Positions 9,798 to 19,381 of a stretch of 64,000 nucleotides of DNA are shown here, piece by piece. A model generated the notes under the pieces. That model ran no database searches. It saw nothing but the letters and a program-made list of their open reading frames with translations, and had not been told where the DNA came from. The position numbers and the translations under genes are program-made. Position 1 is the first letter of the stretch, and each line of letters starts with the position of its first letter. The stretch covers positions 2,046-66,045 of the forward strand of contig DYFY01000001.1 of NCBI GenBank assembly GCA_020724955.1, written 5' to 3'. The DNA comes from Candidatus Parvarchaeum sp. (GTDB taxonomy: Archaea; Nanobdellota; Nanobdellia; Pacearchaeales; GW2011-AR1).

Positions 9798-10466
9798 ATG
9801 TTGATTTTAGGCATAGACGACGCAGGACGCGGGCCTTTGATAGGGCCTATGGTTTTGGCAGGTGTTCTTGTTACGGCGGAGCAGGAAAAAAAACTGAGGT
9901 CTTTAGGGGTAAAAGACTCAAAGCTTGTTTTACATTCTTCAAGAATAAAAATAGCAAAGGAAATAGAAAAAATATCCAGGAGAGTTTATCTTGTGATTTC
10001 AACTCCGGAAGAAATAGATTTTTCAATAAGTTCTGGAATTAATTTAAACACTCTGGAAGCAAAAAAAACAGCGGAGATAATTAATTTTTTGAATTTAAAA
10101 AAGGAAAAAATAAAAGTCATAGTTGACTGCCCGTCTGTCAATACAGTTGCCTGGAAAAATAAGCTTCTTGAGTTTATATCCCACGCAGAAAATCTGATTG
10201 TTGTTTGCGAACACAAGGCGGATTTCAATCATCCTTCAGTATCGGCGGCGTCTATTCTTGCCAAAGTAAGGAGGGAAGAGGAAATTTCCAGATTAAAGGA
10301 AAAGTTTGGGGATTTCGGTTCAGGATATCCTTCCGACCCTTTGACGAAGAATTTTCTTAAAATGCGCGGAAATGCCCTGAAGAATTCCGGAATATTCAGA
10401 AAAACATGGGCTACCTGGAAAGATGTATTCCCGGATAAAAAACAGAAGAAGCTGTTTGACTTCTGA
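9798..10466 (+). CDS. rnhB: ribonuclease HII
   Basis: GIDDAGRGP, KDSK, EHKAD..VSAASILAKV, GSGYPSDP, C-terminal PIP box QKKLFDF. Confidence 0.96.
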   Translation: MLILGIDDAGRGPLIGPMVLAGVLVTAEQEKKLRSLGVKDSKLVLHSSRIKIAKEIEKISRRVYLVISTPEEIDFSISSGINLNTLEAKKTAEIINFLNLKKEKIKVIVDCPSVNTVAWKNKLLEFISHAENLIVVCEHKADFNHPSVSAASILAKVRREEEISRLKEKFGDFGSGYPSDPLTKNFLKMRGNALKNSGIFRKTWATWKDVFPDKKQKKLFDF

Positions 10467-10757
10467 AAGTTTTTCTCTAATTTCAGTTGAGACTTATCTG
10501 AGCACAATGACATAGATTTTTTTGGTTTTAACAATTTTTTTATCCTTAAATTTTCCTGTAAAGTAAACTTTCCAATTTAACATAGTAAAAAAAGAGATTT
10601 TCCAATCATTTCTTGAGTTCTATATTAAAATTAAGATAATTATTAATTATGCGAACCTTGCTTTATACAGATTATATAGGGAGCGTTAAGTTATAAACTG
10701 GACTTAACATTTCCAAAACTTATATAAAACCTGTTTCTTTTTTCCAGTTGTTATAAA

Positions 10758-11831
10758 ATGCCGTTGCTTGATGATTTATCTGGGTTTCAATTTTGGAATA
10801 ACACTGGAAGGGATTATTTGGTAGCTTTGGCTGTTTTTGCAGGGTTGTTTGTCTTTTTTAAGATATTTGACAGATATCTGGTTGTTTTGTTCAAGAAAGC
10901 TGCCAGGAAGACGAAGTTTGGGTGGGATGATATTGTTTTTGATTTTTTCAGTGCAATACACTGGCAGTTTTATGCTTATATCTCATTTTATGCAGCTTCT
11001 GTTTATCTTGTGCTTCCAGAACTGCTTGACAGGGCTCTTTATTATCTGCTCATAATTTTCATAGCTTTTTATGCGGCTCAGGGGCTTTCAAGAGTAGTTG
11101 ACCATTTTACCAATAGGCAGATAGAAAAAAGGAAGCAGTCAGATAATTCATCCAACACTTCAATGATAAAAACTTTTGGCACTATTTTTAAAATAGCAAT
11201 CTACAGCGTTGGACTGCTTATGGTTTTAGCCAATTTAGGGATAGAAATAACTCCTCTTATAGCTTCTTTAGGGGTTGGCGGAATCGCAATAGCCATAGCC
11301 TTGCAGTCTGTTTTGTCAGACATGTTTGCAGCCTTTGCTATTTATTTTGACAAGCCTTTCAAGGAAGGGGATTTCATAATTATAGGAAATGATATGGGGA
11401 CTGTGAAGCACATTGGAATTAAAACTACCAGAATCCAGTCTCTTGGAGGGCAGGAGCTTGTAGTTTCAAATACAGAGCTGACAAATTCAAGAATTAATAA
11501 CTACAAGAGAATGCAGGAAAGAAGGATAGCTTTTTCTTTCGGAGTTGAATACAACACACCTTCAAAGAAATTGAAAAAAATAAATTCTATTGTAAAGAGA
11601 GCGGTTGAAACTACTAAAAACACAAGATTTGACAGGTCGCATTTTAAGGAGTTTGGAGATTCGAGCCTGAATTATGAAGTTGTTTATTATGTTAAAAGCG
11701 CGGATTATAATGTTTACATGGATGTTCAACAAGAGATACATTTCAAGATAAAAGAGGCGTTTGAAAAGGAAAAAATTGCATTTGCTTTTCCAACACAGAC
11801 TATCTATGTAGAGGGATTTAAGAAGAAGTAA
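10758..11831 (+). CDS. mscS: small-conductance mechanosensitive channel
   Basis: LGVGGIAIAIALQ..DKPFKEGDFI..GTVKHIGIKTT..IAFAFPTQT. Confidence 0.93.
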   Translation: MPLLDDLSGFQFWNNTGRDYLVALAVFAGLFVFFKIFDRYLVVLFKKAARKTKFGWDDIVFDFFSAIHWQFYAYISFYAASVYLVLPELLDRALYYLLIIFIAFYAAQGLSRVVDHFTNRQIEKRKQSDNSSNTSMIKTFGTIFKIAIYSVGLLMVLANLGIEITPLIASLGVGGIAIAIALQSVLSDMFAAFAIYFDKPFKEGDFIIIGNDMGTVKHIGIKTTRIQSLGGQELVVSNTELTNSRINNYKRMQERRIAFSFGVEYNTPSKKLKKINSIVKRAVETTKNTRFDRSHFKEFGDSSLNYEVVYYVKSADYNVYMDVQQEIHFKIKEAFEKEKIAFAFPTQTIYVEGFKKK

Positions 11832-11837
11832 GATAAT

Positions 11838-11880
11838 TATGTGGGCACGAATTTACTAGATAAATATTTGTGCCCATATA
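11838..11880. repeat. 43-bp palindromic site TATGTGGGCAC-N21-GTGCCCATATA downstream of fic
   Basis: 10/11 inverted repeat with 21-bp spacer; second copy at 12823-12865. Confidence 0.8.
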
Positions 11881-11894
11881 CTCGCATAAAATGT

Positions 11895-12815
11895 TTAATC
11901 AATTAAATTAAAATCTCTCAAGTTTTCTTCCAGACTCTTTATGAGAAAAGGAAAAATCAATGAATAATCTCCATTATTTCCTTTCCTAACTGCTTCAAGA
12001 TACTTTTGCCTTTGTTTATTATAAACGTTAATCCAGGGATAACCTTTTTTACCTAGAAGAAAATTCATAACAAGCCTTGATAATCTTCCGTTTCCATCTA
12101 CAAAGGGGTGTATTGTAACAAGCTCCATAGATGTAATAACCGCCAGTTCAAATTGATGATACTTGTTTTTGTTTTTTTTATACCTATACACTAAGTTTTT
12201 CACAAGCTGCGGTACTTTTTCAGCATCCGGGAATTTAACATCGCTCCCAAATATTCTTACATTTGTTTCTCGATATCTGCCTGCAAACCTGTCAGAAATA
12301 TTTTTTAGAATAAGCGAATGCAGACTTAATATAAATGCCTCAGTAAGTTCTCCTTTGTAAGATTTAACAAACTTTATTGCTTCTAGATGGTTTTTCGCTT
12401 CATGTATCTCTCTCAGAGTTTTTCCTTCAGGAGCAAGCCCTTCATTTATCACAAGGTTTGTTTCCTGCAACGAGAGGGAGCTTCCTTCTATCGCATTGCT
12501 GTTATATGTAAGTTCTGTAAAAAAAGCTTTCTCGAATTGCTCATATTCTTCTTTTCTCAAGTTTTTTATTTTTTTATTGTATGTTTTTTTCAGAATCTCT
12601 ACTTTTCTCACTTCTTCCTTTTTCAGGAAAGGATATTTTTTTTCTGATATGATTTCAATTTCAAAATTTTCCTTTAGTTCTTCAATTTTCTTTTTAGTAA
12701 TCTCGCCATAACCAAGAAATTTTGATTTTTTTGTCCACTTCCCGTTTTTCCTCTTATTGCTAATAAGATAATTGGCTTTTTTTCCATCCACATTCCTTAC
12801 TTCATGATAAACCAT
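11895..12815 (-). CDS. Fic-family protein with basic N-terminal extension
   Basis: HPFVDGNGRLSR Fic motif, YNSNAIEG; start set at MVYHE (ATG 12815). Confidence 0.95.
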   Translation of the reverse strand: MVYHEVRNVDGKKANYLISNKRKNGKWTKKSKFLGYGEITKKKIEELKENFEIEIISEKKYPFLKKEEVRKVEILKKTYNKKIKNLRKEEYEQFEKAFFTELTYNSNAIEGSSLSLQETNLVINEGLAPEGKTLREIHEAKNHLEAIKFVKSYKGELTEAFILSLHSLILKNISDRFAGRYRETNVRIFGSDVKFPDAEKVPQLVKNLVYRYKKNKNKYHQFELAVITSMELVTIHPFVDGNGRLSRLVMNFLLGKKGYPWINVYNKQRQKYLEAVRKGNNGDYSLIFPFLIKSLEENLRDFNLID

Positions 12816-12822
12816 AATCTTA

Positions 12823-12865
12823 TATATGGGCACATATTTATAAGTCTTTTGTCTGTGCCCATATA
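12823..12865. promoter_or_regulatory. 43-bp palindromic site TATATGGGCAC-N21-GTGCCCATATA enclosing the fic TATA box
   Basis: Perfect 11-bp inverted repeat with 21-bp spacer containing TTATAAAT on the minus strand. Confidence 0.8.
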
Positions 12866-12900
12866 GTTGATAGATGGCTTCAGGAAGAAGCAATCGGTTT

Positions 12901-14415
12901 CTAAAGAATAATTGTGCTTTCTTTGTCAGGTCCTGTTGAGATCATAGCAACTTTTGCCTCTGTATATCCTTCAAAGTCTTCAATCGCTGTGTGAAATTGG
13001 GCTGGCAAGTCAGAGAAACTTTCTGCGCTTCTGATTTCATCCCCAAAACCTTTGTAATGTCTAAGAATCGGAACAGCGTTTCTTTGATCAGATACTCTTC
13101 TGCTAAATCTGTCACTTGCCTTACCTTCTCCGTAATTGTGTCCAAAACAAACTTCGAAGCTATTCACACCTACAACAGAATCTGGTTTTGTTAAAACTAC
13201 TTTTAGAGGCGCATTGATACCAATTGCATATCTTGCTGCAACAGCATCTGTCCAGCCAATTCTTCTTGGTCTTTGCGTTGTTGCCCCGTATTCATCGGCA
13301 GCTAAACGTATTCCGACTCCTTGTATAAATTCATTATCACTATTCATCAATTCAGCAATCTTGTCCATGTTGTTTCTTACATATAAGCGAGCTTGTTTTG
13401 TCAGTTTTGTGATCTCACTGATGTCTCCTCTTTCTCTCAATTGTTTTATTTCATTTAAATCGAAATTTCCGCTTAGGTAAGTATTTACTTCATAAAATAC
13501 GTCGTGGTCAACTCCTGCTGCGCAATACTCTTCTGATTCTTTTCCTCCAAGCTCTGTTACAAAAGGACCTCCTCCAACTCTAGTCATAAAAGGAAACTTG
13601 ACAATTCCTAAAACCAAATCAACAGCTTTGGCAGATAATCCAACTCCTCCTGCAGTTCCATTTATAGAGCTGTCAGAAGATGTAACGTAGGGTTTCACAC
13701 CATGCTCGATGCTCAGAAGAGTCCCTTGCGCCCCTTCCAATACTATTCTCTTTTTTTGCCTAATAAAATCGTGCATCAATGCCACAGTATCTGTCACAAA
13801 AGGTTCTAATTTTTGAGCGCAAGGATTTAATTCATCAATAATTTCATCAGTATTGATCTTTTGGCCTGGATATATCTCTCTCATTTTTTTGATTTTTGCG
13901 GCAAGAGTATCTCTATCAAATAGATCTCTGATGTCAATTCCTATTCTTGCTGTCTTGTCTGCATAAGCAGGTCCTATGCCTCTTCCTGTTGAGCCAATTC
14001 CTCCATCTCTCAGAGATTTATTTTTTTGTCTATCTGATTCAATATGCCATGGCATAATCACTCCAGCATCTTCGCTGATTCTTAGATTATTGTAGGTTCC
14101 TCCTACAGCCTCTAAATTGTCAAGCTCATGGCAAAGGGCAAAAGGATCAATTACCATTCCGCTCCCCAATACATTGGTTTTTCCTGCAGAGTCATATGTT
14201 ATTCCAGCAGGAAGCAAATGATAAATTCTTTCCTGTTCGTTAACGATTACTGTATGTCCGGCATTATTTCCTCCTGTGCCTCTTGCAATAACATCTGCCC
14301 ATTGAGAGGCAAGAAGATCTACAATTTTGCCCTTGCCTGTATCTCCATACTGCATACATACTACCGCCGCTATTTGCACTCCATCAACAAGTTTCTCCAA
14401 TCCACTTTTAACCAT
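12901..14415 (-). CDS. purA: adenylosuccinate synthetase with ~70-aa insertion
   Basis: QYGDTGKGK, GGNNAGHT, IGSTGRGIGPAYADK, EGAQG, TRVGGGPF, GATTQRPRRIGW, ISTGP. Confidence 0.93.
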   Translation of the reverse strand: MVKSGLEKLVDGVQIAAVVCMQYGDTGKGKIVDLLASQWADVIARGTGGNNAGHTVIVNEQERIYHLLPAGITYDSAGKTNVLGSGMVIDPFALCHELDNLEAVGGTYNNLRISEDAGVIMPWHIESDRQKNKSLRDGGIGSTGRGIGPAYADKTARIGIDIRDLFDRDTLAAKIKKMREIYPGQKINTDEIIDELNPCAQKLEPFVTDTVALMHDFIRQKKRIVLEGAQGTLLSIEHGVKPYVTSSDSSINGTAGGVGLSAKAVDLVLGIVKFPFMTRVGGGPFVTELGGKESEEYCAAGVDHDVFYEVNTYLSGNFDLNEIKQLRERGDISEITKLTKQARLYVRNNMDKIAELMNSDNEFIQGVGIRLAADEYGATTQRPRRIGWTDAVAARYAIGINAPLKVVLTKPDSVVGVNSFEVCFGHNYGEGKASDRFSRRVSDQRNAVPILRHYKGFGDEIRSAESFSDLPAQFHTAIEDFEGYTEAKVAMISTGPDKESTIIL

Positions 14416-15886
14416 GTTTTTCAAATCTAATTTCTTTATTTCTAACTCCGTTCTGCAATTTTTTTATATCTCTACAATTCATGCTTGCAAAAGAATGTCT
14501 AAGAGCATCAATCATAGAAGGGAAACTATCGTGTATACTTCCTCTAAAAGGAATTATCGTGACAATTCCTTCTTCATGTCTTCCATAACCTCTAATTCTT
14601 TCATCTCCTCCAACATTAGCTTTTTTTGAACCCATGCCCCAATATTGTTTTACAGGAACGCCTCTTTCGTCATAAACAACCTCTCCAGGACATTCTTTGT
14701 GGCCTGCTAGCATTCCTCCTAACATAACAGCTCCAGCCCCTAGGCCAAGTGCTTTAAAGATATCTCCAGTTTCTTTTAAGCCTCCATCAGCTATGGCTAC
14801 TATTCCGCTTCCAATATCTTCTCTGTCAGCTTTTGCACATTCATATACAGCAGTTGCGTTTGCCCTTCCTATTCCAATGACTTTTGCGGTAGTGCAGATT
14901 GACCCGGAGCCCTGTCCGCATCTATAGGCGTCTACAAATCCCCTTTGAGCTAACGCTCTTGCAGCTTCAGCGGTCGAAATATTACCTCCAATTAGCAATT
15001 TGTCTGGATAATTTTTAGCTATATGCTCTAACATATCTATTGCAAGTTTAGTATAACCTTGCGAAGTATCAACAACTACTCCGTCAGCTCCAGCTTTAAA
15101 TCCTTCTTTAACTCTCTCGTAGGATTCCGGCCAGGTGCTAACTGCAAACAAAACTCTTAATCTTCCATTTTCGTCAATAGTAGAATCGGGAAAGTCAAAT
15201 CTTTTTTCTATGTCTCTTCTTGTTACAAGGTAAGCAAGGTTACCTTTTTCATCAACTATCGGCAGAGATTTTATTCTTTTTTCCCATAAAATTTCTTTTG
15301 CTTGTTCTAGAGTTATCCCGCTTTTGCCTGTAATTAATTTTTCCATATCAAGCATTCTGTCCCTAACAAGACAGTCCAGGCGTTCACCTGGAAAATAATC
15401 GTCTTCTCTCAGTAGTCCAACAAGTGTTCCATTACTCTTTCCGTTTTGTGTTACTGGGAATGTGTTGATAAGATTACCTCCTACTTTGTTGGCTTCTGCT
15501 ATTTCCAAAACGCGTGAAATTGTCATTTCTGGAGCAACTACTATTGGATTTTCTATGAAGCCAGCTTGGTATCTTTTCACTCTGCTTATATCTTCAACTT
15601 GTTTGGGTATGCTTGGTCTTCCTTCTGCGTCTTTATGGTTATAGTGAATGACTGCAATGCCTCCAAGTTGGGCCATTGCTATTGCCATTTCAGGACTTAC
15701 AACAGAATCCATTGGAGAAGCCATTATAGGGACAGCTAATTCAATTCCTTTTCCTAAACTCGTTCTTAAAGAAACATCTTGTTTAGTTATCGTAGAAAAT
15801 TGAGTACCAAGAAGATCAAAGCCATCGTAGGTGATTCCAATTCCTCTTACAAACAATTCTTCAGCGCTAAGTCCAGAGCGAACCAT
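14408..15886 (-). CDS. guaB: IMP dehydrogenase/GMP reductase family protein with CBS domains
   Basis: ASPMD, GSGSICTT catalytic Cys, ADGG, GAVMLGGMLAG, YWGMGS; CBS pair; overlaps purA start. Confidence 0.88.
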   Translation of the reverse strand: MVRSGLSAEELFVRGIGITYDGFDLLGTQFSTITKQDVSLRTSLGKGIELAVPIMASPMDSVVSPEMAIAMAQLGGIAVIHYNHKDAEGRPSIPKQVEDISRVKRYQAGFIENPIVVAPEMTISRVLEIAEANKVGGNLINTFPVTQNGKSNGTLVGLLREDDYFPGERLDCLVRDRMLDMEKLITGKSGITLEQAKEILWEKRIKSLPIVDEKGNLAYLVTRRDIEKRFDFPDSTIDENGRLRVLFAVSTWPESYERVKEGFKAGADGVVVDTSQGYTKLAIDMLEHIAKNYPDKLLIGGNISTAEAARALAQRGFVDAYRCGQGSGSICTTAKVIGIGRANATAVYECAKADREDIGSGIVAIADGGLKETGDIFKALGLGAGAVMLGGMLAGHKECPGEVVYDERGVPVKQYWGMGSKKANVGGDERIRGYGRHEEGIVTIIPFRGSIHDSFPSMIDALRHSFASMNCRDIKKLQNGVRNKEIRFEKHG

Positions 15887-15976
15887 CAACAGTTTTGGAA
15901 ATCTTTGCTTAAAAATATTGTTGGGCTGAAAATTAGTATAATAAACTTTTATATATCCTTTTCTCAATATCTTTGA

Positions 15977-18952
15977 ATGACTTATATCAAGAAGCTGATT
16001 ATGCAGGGATTCAAGTCTTTTGCCCCCAAAACGGAGATTAACTTTGATAAAGGCATTAATGTCATAGTAGGTCCAAATGGTTCGGGAAAGTCCAACATAT
16101 CGGATGCTTTATGTTTTGTTCTGGGGCGTCTTTCTATAAAATCCATGCGTGCGGCAAAATCAAAGAATCTTCTTTTTATGGGTACAAAGATTCACAAGCC
16201 TGCCAGAGAAGCTTCTGTTGAGATTGTATTTGACAACTCTCAAGGAACTTTTAATCTTCCTGTGAACGAGGTTTCGCTGAAGCGCACTGTAAAGCACAAC
16301 GGGCAGGGAGTCTATAAGATAAATAATGAGGTTAAAACCCGCTCTGATGTGATAGAAACACTTGCCCAAGCCGGAATTGATCCACATGGATTCAATCTTG
16401 TGTTACAAGGGCAGATTCAGGCGATAGTAAAAATGCATCCTGAGGAAAGAAGAAAAATAGTTGAAGAAGTTGCTGGAATTTCAATTTATGAATCAAGAAA
16501 GGAAAAATCTCTGAAGGAACTTGAAAAAACGGAATTGCGGCTGAAAGAAATTTCAACTATCCTGAGGGAGAGGCGTTCGTTTTTAAGCAATCTGGAAAAG
16601 GAGCGTTCACAGGCTTTGAAATACAAAGAATTGGAAACTACGATAAAACGTTGCAAGGCTTCAATTCTTCATAAAAAAATAAATGACAAAGAGCGTGAGC
16701 TGAGTTCTGTTCAGAAGTCCATTTCTGAAAAGCTTGAGAAAAAAGAGAAGATAAAAAGCAGGATTCTTGAGTTGCAGAACAAAATAGACTCTTTTAATGA
16801 AAGTATTGCTAAAATAAACAAACATATACAGCGTTCAACAGGAGTGGAGCAGGAATCGTTGAGAAATCAGGTTTCAAATTTAAGGGCAGAGATAGAGGGG
16901 CTTAAAGTCAGAAGAGAAAATTATGAGAACAGAAGTGCGGAAATTCAGAGGAGAATTGCGGAAATGGAGAAGTCATTGCCTGGTTATGAAACCGAGATAA
17001 AGAGCCTGAGAAGGGAGACTCCCATTATCGCCCAAAAACAGGAAGAGCTCAGGAAGAAGAAAAAAGAATTGCAGGAGCTTGAAGAGGAAAAAAGAAAAAT
17101 TTATTCTTTGAAGACGGAGCTTTCTTCGGTGAAAGAGAGGATAAAAGACAAGGAAGCTGAAATTCAGAGGATAGGCAGGCAGTCTGATTTAGTTTTGAAA
17201 GAAATAGAGTCTTTGTCTTCTGAACTTGAACACGAGACTCTGGAAATGTGTTATAATGAGCTTGAGAAGCTCAAAAAAATCCTTAAGGAAAACAGGCAGA
17301 AGAGTGATGAAATGTCAAAAAAGGAAATTGAAGCCAATAAGCTGATTTCTTCGGCTCAGACTACAATTTCACACTCTGAAGAAATAAAATCAAAAATAAC
17401 TAAGCTGGATGTTTGTCCTTTGTGCCAGAACAAAATGACTGAACAGCATGTGTTTCATGTAACAAAAGAGTCTGATTCAAAAATATTTGCCGCTAAAAAA
17501 TCCATGAATGAGGCTGAGAAATCACTTGCGGAATTGGCGGAGAGCAGAAAGAGATTATTATCTGAGATTTCTTCATTGCAGCAGAAAATTTCGGCTTTAG
17601 AAAACCAGCATTCAAGCCATCAATTGATTGAACATAAAAAGTCTTATATGAAGAACCTTGTTGAGCATGAAAATTCTTTGAGAATGGAATTGTCTTCTCT
17701 TATTTCCAAAAGGGATTTTCTGCAGGCTCAGACTCTTGACACTTCCAGAATCGATGAAAAATATGCCGGCAAGATAATGGAAATAGAGGAGATCTCGGCC
17801 AGGACGTCGGAAGATCTGGACAAAACTTTAATGTATAAAGAGCGCGAGCTTGAGAAAATAAGGGAGGTTATCAAGTTGTCCAAGCGCGATTTGAATGAAA
17901 TGGAGCAGGAGATTTTTGATATACAAACGGATATTGAGGCTAAATCCTCTCTTTTGGAGCTGAAGGAGGCAGAGGACAAGGAGTTGTCGGAAAGGTTCAG
18001 GAAGCTTTTTGCTGAGAGGGATTCAGCCCAAGAGAAAATCCAGCAGTCAAGCCTTTCTCTTTCAGAGGCGCAGACCGAGCTTTATCAGATTGAAGACCAA
18101 ATAAATTACCTTAAGGTTGGAAACGCGAAACTAGGGGCTGAAAAGGAAGCTCTTGAAATGGAGATAAAAGAGTATTCAGGCGCTGAGATTATAAAGGGCT
18201 CGCTTGAGTTTTTACAAGAGAGGCTTAAAAAGTCGCAGGAGGCGATTCAAATAATAGGCTCAATCAATATGAGAGCGTTGGAAGTGTACGATGAAGTGAA
18301 ACAAGAGTATGACAAAGTTCAGGAAAAGGTGGAGACTCTTGAGAAGGAGAAGCTTCAGATAATGGGAATCATAGAGGAGATAGACAAAAAAAAGAAGCGC
18401 ACCTTTATGAAAACCTACAAAGGAATTAATGAACTTTTTAGCTCGAATTTTTCAAGGCTCTCATCTAAAGGAAGGGCTTTTCTCGAGATAGAGGATAATG
18501 AAAATATTTTTGAAGGAGGAGTAAATATAGTGGTTAAGCTGGCGAAAGGAAAGTATTTTGATGTGACTTCTCTTTCCGGAGGAGAGCAGACCCTCATAGC
18601 TATTTCTCTTCTTTTTGCGATTCAGGAATACAGACCTTATCATTTTTATATACTTGATGAGATAGATGCTGCGTTGGACAAGAGAAACTCGGAACGCCTT
18701 TCAGCTTTGCTCAGAAAATACATGACAAAGGGCCAGTATATTGTCATCACACATAACGACGCTTTGATAATGGATTCAAATATCCTTTATGGAGTTTCAA
18801 TGCATGACGGAATTTCCAAGGTTTTTGGCCTAAAGCTTGATGAAGAAGTGGCTGAGGCTCAGGGCACTCATGGCGCTCAAAGCCAGAGCAATTCTCTTCC
18901 TGAACAGACGCACGATTTGCATGACCAGACCGGAGAGAATAATCAGGTATAG
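15977..18952 (+). CDS. smc: SMC-family chromosome segregation ATPase with central CxxC hook
   Basis: GFKSFA, GPNGSGKSNISDALCFVLG, LQGQI Q-loop, LSGGEQ signature, FYILDEIDAALD; long coiled coils; CPLC at residue 480. Confidence 0.92.
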   Translation: MTYIKKLIMQGFKSFAPKTEINFDKGINVIVGPNGSGKSNISDALCFVLGRLSIKSMRAAKSKNLLFMGTKIHKPAREASVEIVFDNSQGTFNLPVNEVSLKRTVKHNGQGVYKINNEVKTRSDVIETLAQAGIDPHGFNLVLQGQIQAIVKMHPEERRKIVEEVAGISIYESRKEKSLKELEKTELRLKEISTILRERRSFLSNLEKERSQALKYKELETTIKRCKASILHKKINDKERELSSVQKSISEKLEKKEKIKSRILELQNKIDSFNESIAKINKHIQRSTGVEQESLRNQVSNLRAEIEGLKVRRENYENRSAEIQRRIAEMEKSLPGYETEIKSLRRETPIIAQKQEELRKKKKELQELEEEKRKIYSLKTELSSVKERIKDKEAEIQRIGRQSDLVLKEIESLSSELEHETLEMCYNELEKLKKILKENRQKSDEMSKKEIEANKLISSAQTTISHSEEIKSKITKLDVCPLCQNKMTEQHVFHVTKESDSKIFAAKKSMNEAEKSLAELAESRKRLLSEISSLQQKISALENQHSSHQLIEHKKSYMKNLVEHENSLRMELSSLISKRDFLQAQTLDTSRIDEKYAGKIMEIEEISARTSEDLDKTLMYKERELEKIREVIKLSKRDLNEMEQEIFDIQTDIEAKSSLLELKEAEDKELSERFRKLFAERDSAQEKIQQSSLSLSEAQTELYQIEDQINYLKVGNAKLGAEKEALEMEIKEYSGAEIIKGSLEFLQERLKKSQEAIQIIGSINMRALEVYDEVKQEYDKVQEKVETLEKEKLQIMGIIEEIDKKKKRTFMKTYKGINELFSSNFSRLSSKGRAFLEIEDNENIFEGGVNIVVKLAKGKYFDVTSLSGGEQTLIAISLLFAIQEYRPYHFYILDEIDAALDKRNSERLSALLRKYMTKGQYIVITHNDALIMDSNILYGVSMHDGISKVFGLKLDEEVAEAQGTHGAQSQSNSLPEQTHDLHDQTGENNQV

Positions 18953-19123
18953 TTTATCAGTTATGTTTTTGGCACAATGTTTATTTTGGCGCTCACACTA
19001 CTCATCATTATCTTCTTCGGATCAGGGAAATTTAAGAGTTTTTTTCCACTTAATAGTGCGCGTGCTTATACAATTAGTAACCTTTTAAAATGGGATTACA
19101 CTTGATAATAATAAGGGTAAAAA

Positions 19124-19381
19124 ATGGTGTGGCAGGATGTTGTTATTGCAATAGCAAATGTTCTTTTTGGATATTCTTTAGCTTTTCAAGTATATCATGG
19201 ATTTAAAGAGAAAAAGGGGTTTTTAACAATACAGGCATCTGCTCCAACAACATTAGGTTTGTATGCGTTGTCTTTTGCGTTTTTTACTCTTAATTTATAT
19301 TTATCTACATTAGTCTCATTTTTTAATGGGACAATGTGGCTTTTGCTGTTAATTCAAAGGTTAATCTACAAAAAAGCTTAG
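19124..19381 (+). CDS. small 3-TM protein, PQ-loop/SemiSWEET-like
   Basis: 85 aa, three TMs, LAFQVY..FKEK resembles the PQ-loop start. Confidence 0.6.
   Translation: MVWQDVVIAIANVLFGYSLAFQVYHGFKEKKGFLTIQASAPTTLGLYALSFAFFTLNLYLSTLVSFFNGTMWLLLLIQRLIYKKA

Noticed and set aside
12901-14415. PurZ (2-aminoadenine pathway), given the nearby HD and MazG-like genes
   Set aside because: Keeps the PurA catalytic Asp (GDTGKG, not GSTGKG) and a GTP-type TKxD motif; the HD and MazG-like genes are 10-20 kb away in other contexts.
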